Positions 53,201 through 64,000 of a DNA stretch of 64,000 nucleotides are shown here, piece after piece (position 1 is the stretch's first letter; every line of letters starts with the position of its first letter). The position numbers and the translations under genes were made by a program. Where the stretch lies: the NCBI GenBank assembly GCA_030141605.1, contig JAQGDQ010000037.1:496001-560000 (forward strand), read 5' to 3'. The notes under the pieces are model-generated. The model saw nothing but the letters and a program-made list of their open reading frames with translations, ran no database searches and had not been told where the DNA came from. The stretch is from Tubiluchus corallicola. Taxonomy: Eukaryota > Animalia > Priapulida.

Positions 53201-54551
53201 TTAGGAGGGCAGGCTCTACTGGGATCAGGAAAGGTTTTTCTTTAAAAGTTCCAATCGATTATTGCAGTTTGATTGTTTCGTGACAAAGAGTCAAGCCTGT
53301 CTATTAGATCATGGCTTGTGAGCCTTTTTTTACAATATGCAACAAAATGGTTTTATTAATAATTTATACTTAAATGGTAATTTTAATCAGGTATACAAAT
53401 GGGCACCCAATTTGCTTCAATTTACTTTGTTTGATACACTTTCATAATCAACTTCTATGTATACAATCGACTATATGTATGCAATGTATACAATTATTAC
53501 AATATTTGAAATAAAACATTTGTCTTTCTGATTTTAGGATCTATTGATTTACAAGTTTTTCCCGCATGATACCCATGTTGATGTGAACAACGAACAATTG
53601 CTTTTTGCAATTGAAACAAGTGACTCGCCTGAAGACAAGGATCAGACTAATGATGAAGGAACTGAAGTTGCTGAATATTTTCCTCAAGCCACAGTTGAAG
53701 ATGTTGCCCCTGAGCTATGCCGTGAAACTTCAAAAAAAGTGCATGGTAGCTACTACATGGTGCACCAAAAAACTTATGCATTTCCCTTGCTAGCTATCAT
53801 GTATGCTGATGTAACTAACGATTCGCTCTCAGAAATAATAATTGTTTCACAAAGTGGTCTGCACATCATGCAGGTTTGTAATTGTAATTTTGACTTTTTG
53901 CCGTTTGTCTACTTGAAAATAAAGTTCTTAATGAGCAAATTTTATTTAGATTAGGAGATTATTTACAGCAACTTGGCAACAACAGTGACAAAAACCAATA
54001 AACCACAATGTTAAATGTTAATTAGCTAATTACATATCTCCCTTCTTGTCCTGATAATAATGGCACTGTTGCTCATTGTTAGCTAAGAGTCTAAGACAAT
54101 GAGAATTTAGGTGTGCTCTGTCATTTTCTGGCTATAACTAATATAGCAGAGCATGCGAGTTCTAATTGTAAGGCCTCTGGTTCAAGTTCCAACTGACTCA
54201 CGATTTCTCAGCATCTTTCCCTTTCTTCAACTGCTAGATTATTGTTTTTTGAACATGAAAATTTCATTTATTCTGGTTGTCACAGTTACAGTCTGCCATT
54301 GATAGTATTGACTGTCTGGTGCAAGAATACAACCGCAGTATAAACTATTTAACTGCACCGTGTCAAAACACTGTAAATTAACTTCATATTTGCAGATGCC
54401 TTATGCTTTTCAGTACTCTTTTTTTTTGTATCTTTATTTGCAGTATGCTCTACGAGACGTGGCAAAAATTGTGAAGGGCAGATTAAAACACCTAGTAGAA
54501 AGGCTTCCCAGTGAAGATGCATTTCATGCACTATTACTCGAAAGCTTATAG
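44201..54551 (+). CDS. KPTN: Kaptin, KICSTOR complex subunit (about 495 aa, 12 coding exons)
   Basis: Exons: 44201-44408, 44647-44729, 45247-45331, 46484-46538, 48608-48686, 49535-49608, 49784-49893, 50603-50707, 50943-51051, 52912-53047, 53538-53873, 54444-54551. All GT-AG with consistent phases; 1488 nt including TAG. Motifs: [99 protein letters not shown]. Confidence 0.93.
46750..47745 (-). mobile_element. pogo/Tigger internal-deletion derivative, same family as 30794-32309
   Basis: TA|CAGTAGTCGCCACTTAATAGACTCAC ... GTGAGTCTTTTAAGCGGCGACTACTG|TA (TIRs 24/26 complementary). A minus-strand remnant MEHKRK-NLTVKEKLKI (HTH-like start) begins at 47175. Confidence 0.9.
47865..48250 (-). mobile_element. 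LINE 3' UTR with (TTGAA)n tail
   Basis: The minus strand reads AATAAAAGAAATTGAATTGAATTGAA at about 47867-47895. Confidence 0.45.
48763..49143. mobile_element. TIR MITE
   Basis: Perfect 19-bp TIR AATAAGCCTTTTCACAGTT / AACTGTGAAAAGGCTTATT, plus an internal inverted block TCAAAGGTTAAGTGAAC / GTTCACTTAACCTTTGA. Confidence 0.8.
54130..54200 (+). mobile_element. tRNA-derived SINE head / tRNA-like relic
   Basis: An A-box-like GGCTATAACTAATATAGCAGAGC and a B-box-like GGTTCAAGTTC at tRNA spacing; the cloverleaf is not intact. Confidence 0.4.
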
Positions 54552-54635
54552 CTTTTGTTATTTATGGTGTTCCACAGTTTCTCCACTGTTAATCTGTGAT
54601 ATCTGCTGAGCTACGTAAGTTTTTAAACTTTATGC

Positions 54636-55690
54636 CAGGGGTGTGGAAAGTGCGGCCCGCATGCCCACTTGCAGCCCGCTGAGAGATTTTGTGCTGCCTG
54701 CGAAGAGATTTGTCAACCTAATGAAAGTGTGGCCCGGGTGATGAATTGAGTGTATCCAGCTGAAGTCCGCACCACAATTACAAAGATAGTGCGGGTAGTT
54801 TTTTCCAGTAGATCGGATGGCATTAACCCTTACAAGATGGTTGTCACTTAATGTCACTGTCGGACATGACGAAATTACACGTTGCTCTCTTGGAACACAA
54901 AAAAGCGATGTAACCATAGAACACAGCAAACTATCACGGAAGCCGCCATTGAAACGCTCGAACGTGCAAGAAATGCGAAAAGCAATTTGATTGGCTGGTA
55001 GGAAGACAACCAGCCTATCTCTAGGCTTTTATTATCGAGGCATTTGATCTGCCCGGTCGTCTTCTTGGTCACAACAGGTAGATCATTTCGACTTTGTTAT
55101 TTTTTTACAAAATAAATTATAAAAAATATAAAATAACCAAATGAAAATGATCCACCTACTATGACCAAGAAGACGACTGGGCAAATCAGTTTGTAAGTAG
55201 CCAGCAAGCTGAAAAAGTGTGGTCACCCCTGATTTAGGGGGGGATTCCCAGATTTTAGTTTCAGCTTAGGCTCAGTAGTACACGCTTCACTAGTGGTTGT
55301 TTCGTCGTTTCACCAAGTGTAGTGTTCTTATAGATCAGAATCATGGATAAGAAAAAAGATGAAGATGGAAGAAGAACATCGAGTCAAAACAGATTAATAT
55401 GCACTGTACTACACAGACTGTGTGATACACATTACTAATATGCATTGTAATGAAATTACCACTATCTGTCGTGAAAGTAGAAATACATGGTTTTTAATAT
55501 AAATTTTAATAACTTCTAAAATAGTTTTTTGAGTGTGGTAGTGCAGTAGTAATGATGTGCACAGATCGCATGCAAAAAATTGTTATTAGGTCCTACTGTA
55601 CTTGGCTCCTTGATCTAACTGCTCGTGGCCCACGGGAATTGCGGGAAAGTTTAATGTGGCCCGGCTAGTCAGATAATTTGCACACCCCTG
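54636..55690. mobile_element. Non-autonomous hAT element
   Basis: TIR CAGGGGTGTG / CACACCCCTG, perfect 8-bp TSD CTTTATGC (54628-35 and 55691-98), and GGCCC subterminal motifs. Confidence 0.92.
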
Positions 55691-56479
55691 CTTTATGCAC
55701 TGATGTATTTTCAAATTATTTCAAACTTGAAACAGTTTTAGCAGCTGGTTTTTCTTGGGATAGTTAACTAAATTAACAGTAATACTACATAAATTGACTA
55801 ATATTTTGTAGAACCTGCCCAGTTATAGCAAATAAAAAATTGTCTCATTTTGTAGATTTATTACTGTGAAGAGGGGCAGTTGAGAATTCTGCGCAGGTCA
55901 ACGTAGGAATGTTGTGGTGAGACACCATTAAGAAATATTAGGAAGTAGCTAAGGGAATTTACTGTCTAGCACTTCCAGCAGGGGTCTGAGGCAACGAATT
56001 GAATTTGCTAAATTTTTTAAAATTAAAATTGTTATAAATTTAAACACTTTAGTAGAAGCTTCACATTTAATATTGTTTGTTAACTTTGCATTTGCTAAAA
56101 GCGTGAACTAACTGAATGAAAATAATCAAGGTGTTAGTAGATGAAGTTGCCTGTAAAATATCTATCAGTTTTTCTACTAGTTGATAAGTTCTGGGATACT
56201 TTTTGAGTGTAACTAAGGTACGTGTACGTGTTACGTACCTTCATGAGTGACAGTTTCTAAATTTTAAGTCACACTTGAAGTAATGTTTGGTTACTGATTT
56301 TGATTTCTTTACTACCTTGTTAAAATTGTAACCAAATGATAACCAGCCATCAAATTATTTAATTAAATAAGATGAGTTCAGTTTATTAAATCGAAAAAAA
56401 AACATTTGACTTCGCATGTTTTTCTTCAATCTTGAAATTTGGCTTTGATTTTTTGAGCTGAGGGGCAGGAAATGTTTGA

Positions 56480-56960
56480 CAGTCTAGGTGTTAATCATTT
56501 CATTATATAATTCATTCAAACTGTACCTGTGCTTGAGCAAATTTGTGATTATTGTAACCTTAATCAAATTGAAGATGAAATGCACTATGAAGTGTCCATG
56601 TTACCAGGATGATACATACTCGCTTCTTTATAATGTTGAATTTTTTGGTCTTTGAGTTTTCTGCCATACCAGATGACAATAATAAATTTGTCTTTGTCAT
56701 GCCAAGATATTGAATTATGCAAGATTATTGTAGCTTTTAATCAACCTTTCAAACTAGAAATCATATATTATCTATATAAAATCCAGATACAATTGCATAA
56801 AGAGTTATTAATACTACCTTATGTAACATTGTTGTGATAATTATTATTTTTAATACTTGTATGACTTAATTGTGATTTGTTTCGTATGCTCCAGCCACAA
56901 TATTGTTTTGAATATTTTTTACTCGTGATTTAAGTAGATTTATGTAGTTTCAAATAAACT
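56480..56960 (+). mobile_element. Decayed LINE 3' end (CCHC finger), similar type to 1-645
   Basis: VPVLEQICDYCNLNQIEDEMHY(frameshift)KCPCY from 56523; AATAAA at 56953. Confidence 0.65.
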
Positions 56961-57120
56961 TATTGAAAGTTCTTTAAATATACTAGATTAGTTATCTTTT
57001 GTTTGTCAAAAAATATTCCTTGAGAAATACCCCTATTTTACTATTTATTGCAAACCAACAAAAAATAGCTCATATTTCATTTTTAACACAACCGTAGTGA
57101 AAAACATTTTTTTACCAGAT
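56900..57120 (+). repeat. Interspersed repeat also present at about 62040-62245
   Basis: Shared TGTCAAAAAATATTC...GAAATACC..CTATTTT.CTATTTATTGCAAACCAA...AACACAAC.GTA.TGAAAAACA. Confidence 0.8.
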
Positions 57121-57539
57121 GCTTGCCAAAGCTTGAGGGTCATCCAATGTGGATACATACGTACGAGTCTTTGTTCCATTGTTATCCTTGTATTGTTAAA
57201 AGGATTTGTGATACATACGTGTTTTGGGGGTAGGCACAATCTATGTTTTACTCTCAATTACTGCAGCTAGATTACAACCCGACAAACGATTAATTACTAT
57301 ATATATATAATTAGTAGACTGACTTGCTGTGTATCGTGTGCAGTCACTTTTAGCACATTGATGGCGTTTCGAAAATATTTTAACCCGACATAAATTGACC
57401 GATTTTTTCCTCAGAAACCGTTTTATCTCATTACACTGAGTTACCGCACGTTTATTCTCGCTTTTGTTTAATTGTCTCATTTACATCTGTGCACTTGTAT
57501 TTTGTCAGTAGCAGACGGTTTCATTTATTCACGAAGGGC

Positions 57540-57983
57540 ATAATCAGTTCATTTTGGCGGCCGCCCCACACCCTCAGCGTGAAGCTGCCTCTGTTTACGT
57601 CTGCACTAGGTGCCACGCCCAGCAGTCGTTCTAGGAATCATTTAGTACAGTCTTCCTGTTACCGCCGCTTGTGTTTCTTCATGCAGTGATGAGCAATAGA
57701 AGGCTTTGTCAGAACTAGGCTGTCCGTGACGTCGGCGGATCTTTGTACGGAAAGTCACGAATTCTACCGACTCCCAGCTTCAGTATCAGCAGTTTTACGT
57801 GATGTGAATGCCTCGCCTGTTTCAGTTTTATTGGTTCCGTGACCCGTCGGTTGTTTGTACTTGGTGAAAAATTTTAATTGCAGAGTGCATGACTTTTCTG
57901 TGCCATTACAAACTGTTTATCGGTTTTCTGTTGGTGTAAATACGTTTAATTTCTTGCTGCAAAGTCACTGAACAAACCGCAAC
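57540..57983 (+). promoter_or_regulatory. CpG-rich promoter / 5' UTR of the CD225 gene
   Basis: GC-box/KLF-type CCGCCCCACACCC near 57561, TGACGTC near 57727, and elevated CpG just upstream of the ATG at 57984. Confidence 0.55.
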
Positions 57984-60900
57984 ATGGAAAAAGGGCAAGG
58001 TAGACGCATAATGTTTATAATGTAATGATTTGTTATCTATACTAATAGCAAAACAGTGGTGCCAAAACCAGTACTGTCATGTGTGATAACTGTGATTTAT
58101 ATTTGTATGCTAGCTTTGCATTGAATTTTGGCGTTCAGAAGTGTTATGTAGTTGTTTTATTAATTTAGTTGTTTAATTAGTTGTCATACTGGCAATTTAC
58201 AAAGTCTTACATGTGGTAAAATTAGACTTGTGTAAAGTACTTTAGTATTTTCCATTCCATAGTTTTGTATAGTTAGTCGCTGGTCATAGAAACAAAAGCA
58301 GTAATTTAAGGTTTGAAGACGCTTTAGTATTTTTGATTCTGTCAAAGTACCTCACCATATGTGGTTGTTTTGAGTGTACTTTTTTAATTTACAATTTATT
58401 ATTGACGTTCATAATAATTATTATTTGGATTTGTTATGATTTATACATTCATCACAATTTTCTGTTTTTTAGCAGCTAGAATGGTACTTTTTGAAGTAAA
58501 GCAAGTTTTATTTTTTTGAAGTTCATTAAATATTTCTGTCTACATATATATTAATAATAATGTTACATTGTACATGCCTGTGTCAGTTAAGAGTGATTCA
58601 CCTTTTTCTTTTCACTGGAAAGTAGGAAAATGAAATAAGTCACTGTTATACTGAGAGAATGCCGAAAGGATAAATGCATTCTTTTTAAATTATTACGTCA
58701 TTTTATTTAGCTGCGGAAAGACTTCTGTTTGTGGGCACCTTTAAGGCACTAGTCTTATTCAATTTCTGTCAAAAGTTTGCAAAACAGAGAATGCAATATT
58801 GTCAAAGCAACAAACATTTGATAACCTTTCATTTTATGGAACGTTGTGAAAGATAAATAATTTTTGTGGCCTTGATGTTTACTTCTTTTGCTGCATTTCA
58901 AGTTTACCTCTGACTTAGCTAGTAATATAAATAATTACAGTAAGTATGAACTGTGATTGTGCATTCAAACTAAAGAGTTTTCTCTCACAAGTTTTGCTGA
59001 GGGCAAACTCATTCTTACTGTCAGAGAGGTTGCAAAAACTTGCCGAGAAAATTCACCAAGCCGTTCACACTTGCTTGTTTACTTTCAGAGAAAAAACTTT
59101 GATCTGAACGTGCCATTACCGTGTGTAGAAAAATGTGTGAAAATTCTGTATGAATTGTCCAGTTAAGGTGATGGCTTTTTTTCAGGTTATGGAGATCCCA
59201 TGGCTCCTCCTCCAGTTTATCCAGGTAACCCAGCTCAGCCAGCATATCCTCCTCCCCAAGGAGGTTATCCTGTTCAACCAGGATACCCTTCACAGCCACC
59301 ACCTGGACAACCTGGTTATGGCCCAGCTTATGGTCAGCCACCTTATGGTCAACCTACAACAACTGCACAAGTAGTGGTAAGGATTGTAATTGCATTTTCT
59401 ATGTAACGTAGTACATAAGGTTGTGAATTTTGTAACAAAGAGCAAGTTAGAAAAGATCTAAACAAGTTCTTATGCTCTAGCAAGTGTTTGGAAAAACAAC
59501 CATGTATTACAGCTTGACCTATTATCATGTGCAGTTGTGCATGTGTATCAAAAATCCACTGAAATATGTGTAACCAGGCAGCTTGTAAACATGTCTGCTT
59601 TTTGACTCCATTATCTGGACCAAAAAATTTTGGTCGCTGTCTATTTTTCGACACGCAGGCTGCTGTGGATACAAGACAAACGGACAAAAGGTTGGACACT
59701 GAATTTTTCGTACACAGAACATGTGAGCATAAGCTACTAACTGCATTCTGTCCAAACTTTCTGATATCTAAACTAGTTTGTGTCCAAATTCTCCTGCAAT
59801 GTCCACTCTTTCCTATCAATGACATTACACCTGCTCCATATATAAAATGTGTGAGTATTCTTCCTTAATAAAACTCTACATTCCAGGTCCAAAAAACCAC
59901 AAATCTATTTGCAAAACACCAGTATCAAAACTTCCTTGTGTTGCAAATTTCTAGAACACTTAACACGTCAGCACACACTTTATGCAAATATTCTTTATGT
60001 ACTCACAGCATAATTACAGGTGAATAAAATATTTACTCCTATAAAAGCTTTCCAAAGTGCACGATTGTTGTCTGAGTAAATAAGGGAATGGCTAATACAG
60101 GTGTGAATCCTGTGATTCATCGTTAACATTGTCACATTAAAATGTTGGGTGAGGCATTGAAAATGAAAAAAATTGAACACACTACACAATCATCAAACTT
60201 GTATTGTTTTAAGATCATTAACTATTGGAATTACTAATACAAAGTAATTTTGATTCTCTTGTTAAAATGACTTGAAAAATATAGCCACGATAGAAAATCA
60301 AAAGTGGCTGTTTCCTTTGATGAAATACACCCCTTATATCAAGAGTTTTTTCGGTACTAGCCAACATTAACAATGTTGCCTATCAAAACGAAGTTTATGT
60401 TTTGTTAAAGCAATAAAAAGTGAAGTCATCATTTTATTTAAACAGATTTGTGTACATTTACACTGAGGCCCCTAAAAAATTATATTCACTTGGACAATAT
60501 GTTCTGACTCATCTTCAGACCAGTTGATGAGTGACATAATAATATAGTTTACAAAGATCATTTTCACATTTCATGTGTTGTATAATTAATATTATACAAA
60601 ATTTTCCTTTTGAATTTAAAAGCTGCTTACAATAAGATTTTTGTTTCCTTGTGTGTGTTTTTTGGCGTGCACGTGTGTCAAAAGAAAAATAATTGTCAGA
60701 TTTTGTATCGGTTACTAGCGTCAGGTAGAATAGCTGGGTACACTTCATAAATCATAACTTTCATCCACTTGGTTTTACGTGCTAAAATGGACTTCTTGGT
60801 TTTTGTATGCCATGCATACGAAGAATTTTATATTTGTATGATGCTTTTAATTGAAACTGAATAATTGTACTAATGTGTTTTCTTAAATACTTGCACATCA

Positions 60901-63603
60901 GTCCATAAATCCAATAAACCCATAAAGATAAAGATTGTTAAATTAAGTGCAAATTAAAATAATTGAACATTCATAAAACCTATGAAGCACAAGCTTGTTA
61001 TCCATGCCAACCTTAGTCAGTTTCACAAAAAGAACAGTCAAGCTGACAGTAGTTGATGTATGGGTAAGGTGTTTAGTCACATCAAAACAGATGAAACTAC
61101 TATATTGTATAGACCTTATCACTACACTGACAGAAGACCACGAGTGCACCAGGCCTGTAAGCCTATTGCTATTGATCTCAAACATCAGATGTCCAGATCA
61201 AAAACTCTCCAAATCAAAACGGTTGAAGCTGCAAAAGTCTAATCAAGAAACTTGGAATGTGGAAGATCTGGCGCCGGATTCACTAACATGTTTGTAAGAA
61301 TTTTCATAGGAGACTTCGTACGATTTTTTTTACAAGATTCGTAAGAAATTTCTCAAGAACGATTCACTTAGTCTTCTTACAATCAAACTTTCAAACAAAA
61401 CAGTTTACAAGAAGTTTTGTGAATCTGCCTCCTGGTCGTGATCCCAAAATCCATGGCCCCTTGGTTCAGAATATCAAAGATTAAGATCACAAAGTCAAAA
61501 ATGTCAAAAGAAATTTTCGCCTGCTGTGGCTTCATGTGTCGGCTGTTTTAAATGATCATTTTAGGATTCTGATTGCAATTTTATTAGATTGACAAATTCA
61601 ATAGATGCTGTGCAGTATATAAATTAAACATTAAAAAGTTTAACTTTATAATTTAGCATATACGTTTTTGCTAGATGTCAAATTTTAGTGCTACATATAC
61701 TTGAAATAGTTATTGCCTAAATATTATGACTATTTTTACAGCAACCAGGACAGACGGTCATTATTCAGCAAGGTCCTCCAGATCACATGGTGATCTCCAT
61801 ACTGTCTTGCTTATGTTGCTGCTGGTGCACTGGTATAGTGGCTATTTATTACTCCATGAAGGTATGTTAATTTTATTACCAGTTACCAAGCCCAAATGAA
61901 TGAGAAAAATTTTATCCCAGAAATAAGAAATTTGCATGTATAGCGGTTACCCAATTATTGATTATGACCTTTGGGGCCTCTAGCCTAATGAAATCATTGA
62001 GCATGTCTCAGATGGAGCAACCCTCTAACTTGCCCGCACCCATCCTGAATATTTTTATGCGTGATGTATTTTGGCGACATTTACGTGGCTTAAAATAAGC
62101 TCATTGCAAAGTCTTTAAATAAATTAGAATAACTTTTATATGTCAAAAAATATTCTTTAGGAAATACCAATACTATTTTGCTATTTATTGCAAACCAAAT
62201 TGGCACACAGTTCAACACAACTGTAATGAAAAACAGATTTTTTTATAACCACTGATCCTAAACTTATATTTGAAATTTTTTTAGTAGGGCCCTAGGCTGC
62301 AGCCTATAGGCAGTGCTTAAAATGTATTTATTTAGGTAAAGGGTCTCATGGTGGGATCCGGGACTCATATTTTTCTTGATTTTGGGCTTTTGAGTCTTTT
62401 AATGGTCAATAAAAGCTCAGTTTAGTAAGCAATTTGTCAACCGTTTTTTGCCATTAAGGATACAAAACTTATGTATTAATTCAAAAACAATTGCTTTTTA
62501 ATCAGTGAATTAAGTAGTTTTCATTCACTAGCTTTTATACTTTACCCGGTATAAGGCCTGGCTTATTCAAACCATTTAACTGCGAGGTATCACTGAGCAA
62601 ACAAAATACAGCAAGGTGCAGTAGCTCCAATTTACATAGAAATCGTGCTACTGACATGTGTCATGGATAGGCTTATTGTTTTTTCTTTAGGGTCTGTAAC
62701 TTTAGGTTCCGGGTCTGCGACCCTGACAGACCCAGCGCACTTTAAGCACTATCTATAGGATAACCCAGCCCTGCCTGTTATGTAATACCAAACATGCAAT
62801 ATGATGTGGTGAAATTAAATACCACACACCAAGCATTTGATTCTGCTTCATTTAGCATGTCTGGGTGAGAGATAACGTTAAAAACTGTAGCTAAAACACT
62901 TACATCCACACCAGTACAAACAAACTGAAAGACACGGATACTATTACGAAAAAAAATAGGAAAATGACAATTTATAATTACTTACCAGCTGGCTTATTAA
63001 AACATCCTTCACTAAGTATTAGCTGCTGAATTCAATTTTGCTATACTTATGTTTTGCTGATCCCAAAAATACGAAATCCAGTCAATACAACTATCCTGTA
63101 TATTGTGGCCCATTGCCTGCAAAGTAACTCTAAATTAGTAAATCTAATTCATTATGGTGTGCACTTTGGATTGTTGAAAATTCAATTCTATGAATGCACG
63201 ACAGTTATGCTAAATTAGAAAGTCGAAAAAATTTTGGACTCGGACTTCCACTGGGAAAATTTTTACACCATAATTCAAAATCCAAATTTTGAATAAATGT
63301 CTTCACTGCATCGAAAGCTTACACCACCTGGATATAATTAGCATCGTCTTGGCCTGCATAGTTCTTTTTTATATTGACTACTGAAATGTGTTCATTTGGA
63401 AATACAGTGAAATATGAATGGCTATCTTATACTAATTTCAGGTGCAAGAATTCACTTCCCAGGGAAACATCCCGGCTGCACAAGAGGCGTCCAGTAATGC
63501 AAAAAAGTGGGCCATCATCAGTTGTGTTGTGGGTGTTGTCATTGCTGTTATAGTGCTTATTATCTATTTTGCTGCATTTGCCACTGCCATGAGCAGTTAT
63601 TAG
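57984..63603 (+). CDS. CD225/dispanin-family membrane protein with Pro/Tyr/Gln/Gly-rich N-terminus (PRRT1/IFITM-like, about 162 aa)
   Basis: Exons 57984-57999, 59186-59376, 61742-61861, 63442-63603; GT-AG, phases consistent, 489 nt including TAG. The CD225 core PPDHMVISILSCLCCCWCTGIVAIYYSMKVQE...GNIPAAQEASSNAKKWAIIS is followed by a C-terminal TM helix. AATAAA at 63930. Confidence 0.9.
61271..61431. mobile_element. PIF/Harbinger-like MITE
   Basis: Ends GCGCCGGATTCACTAAC and (reverse complement) GAGGCAGATTCACAAAAC, 3-bp CTG direct repeats at 61268-70 and 61432-34, and internal GTAAG/CTTAC repeats. Confidence 0.55.
62311..62751. mobile_element. hAT-type MITE nested in the end of another repeat
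   Basis: TIR CAGTGCTTAAAATG / CACTTTAAGCACTA and 8-bp TSD CCTATAGG / TCTATAGG. It interrupts a GGGCCCTAGGCTGCAGCC...ATAGGATAA..CA.C.CTG terminus also seen intact at about 7692-7739. Confidence 0.75.
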
Positions 63604-64000
63604 ACAGCAAAATGTAGCTTAACAAATGATGGTCAGTTCTAATGACCATTGTCAACTGAATCATTTAAAGTAAAGCTAAACAAAGTATTTTACCTTTTTA
63701 GCACTTTATGTTTTGTGATGCCAAAGTAAAAGCAGAAACAAAAATACTCAAATGTCTACATTTAAAAGGCAGTGCTGAAATATAGCTTCCACATGCATAG
63801 TTTGCTAATCGGTGGTATGTCTTGTTTACAGGCACTGGGGGGGGGGGGGGTTACCGGTTCTCTGCTTTTGTGAGAGAGTCTCTAGGATAGGTAATATGCA
63901 CCAACAGTTAGGTTACCATGACGTTAGTAAATAAACTGCAATCATGCTTCATGAAGTAATGTAATTTATTTTTATAAAGTTAGGTCTTGATGTATTGCTG

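Noticed and set aside
54130-54200. Functional tRNA gene
   Set aside because: A/B boxes are degenerate and the stems do not pair; treated as a SINE relic.
59021-59868. Several overlapping ORFs around CD225 exon 2
   Set aside because: They are alternative-frame or antisense readings of the Pro-rich exon and of intronic sequence.
1-64000. CRISPR arrays, rRNA genes, prokaryotic operons or defence systems
   Set aside because: No regularly spaced repeat-spacer arrays or rRNA-like sequence were seen; gene structure is spliceosomal eukaryotic.

Overview
This is AT-rich animal genomic DNA from an invertebrate (a lophotrochozoan is plausible but not proven), with spliceosomal genes and many decayed transposons. 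Four protein-coding genes could be assembled by hand with GT-AG junctions and consistent reading phase. (1) MAD1L1, minus strand, 11 coding exons, about 522 aa. (2) A FOXRED2-family flavoprotein whose whole CDS is one exon, lying on the plus strand inside the last MAD1L1 intron. (3) KPTN/kaptin, plus strand, 12 coding exons, about 495 aa, head-to-head with MAD1L1. (4) A Pro/Tyr/Gln-rich CD225/dispanin membrane protein, plus strand, 4 coding exons, about 162 aa. Repeats include CR1 and L2-like LINE remnants, two pogo/Tigger copies, a Merlin remnant, a non-autonomous Helitron, hAT/Kolobok/PIF/MULE-like MITEs and tRNA-SINE heads. The most unusual signal is in Mad1: it appears to lack about 220 aa of central coiled coil at an in-frame exon junction, and its conserved RLK motif reads RLM. 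Also notable are the intronless antisense FOXRED2 and a perfect 156-bp fold-back inside an old LINE. All homology calls come from recalled family motifs, not from database searches.
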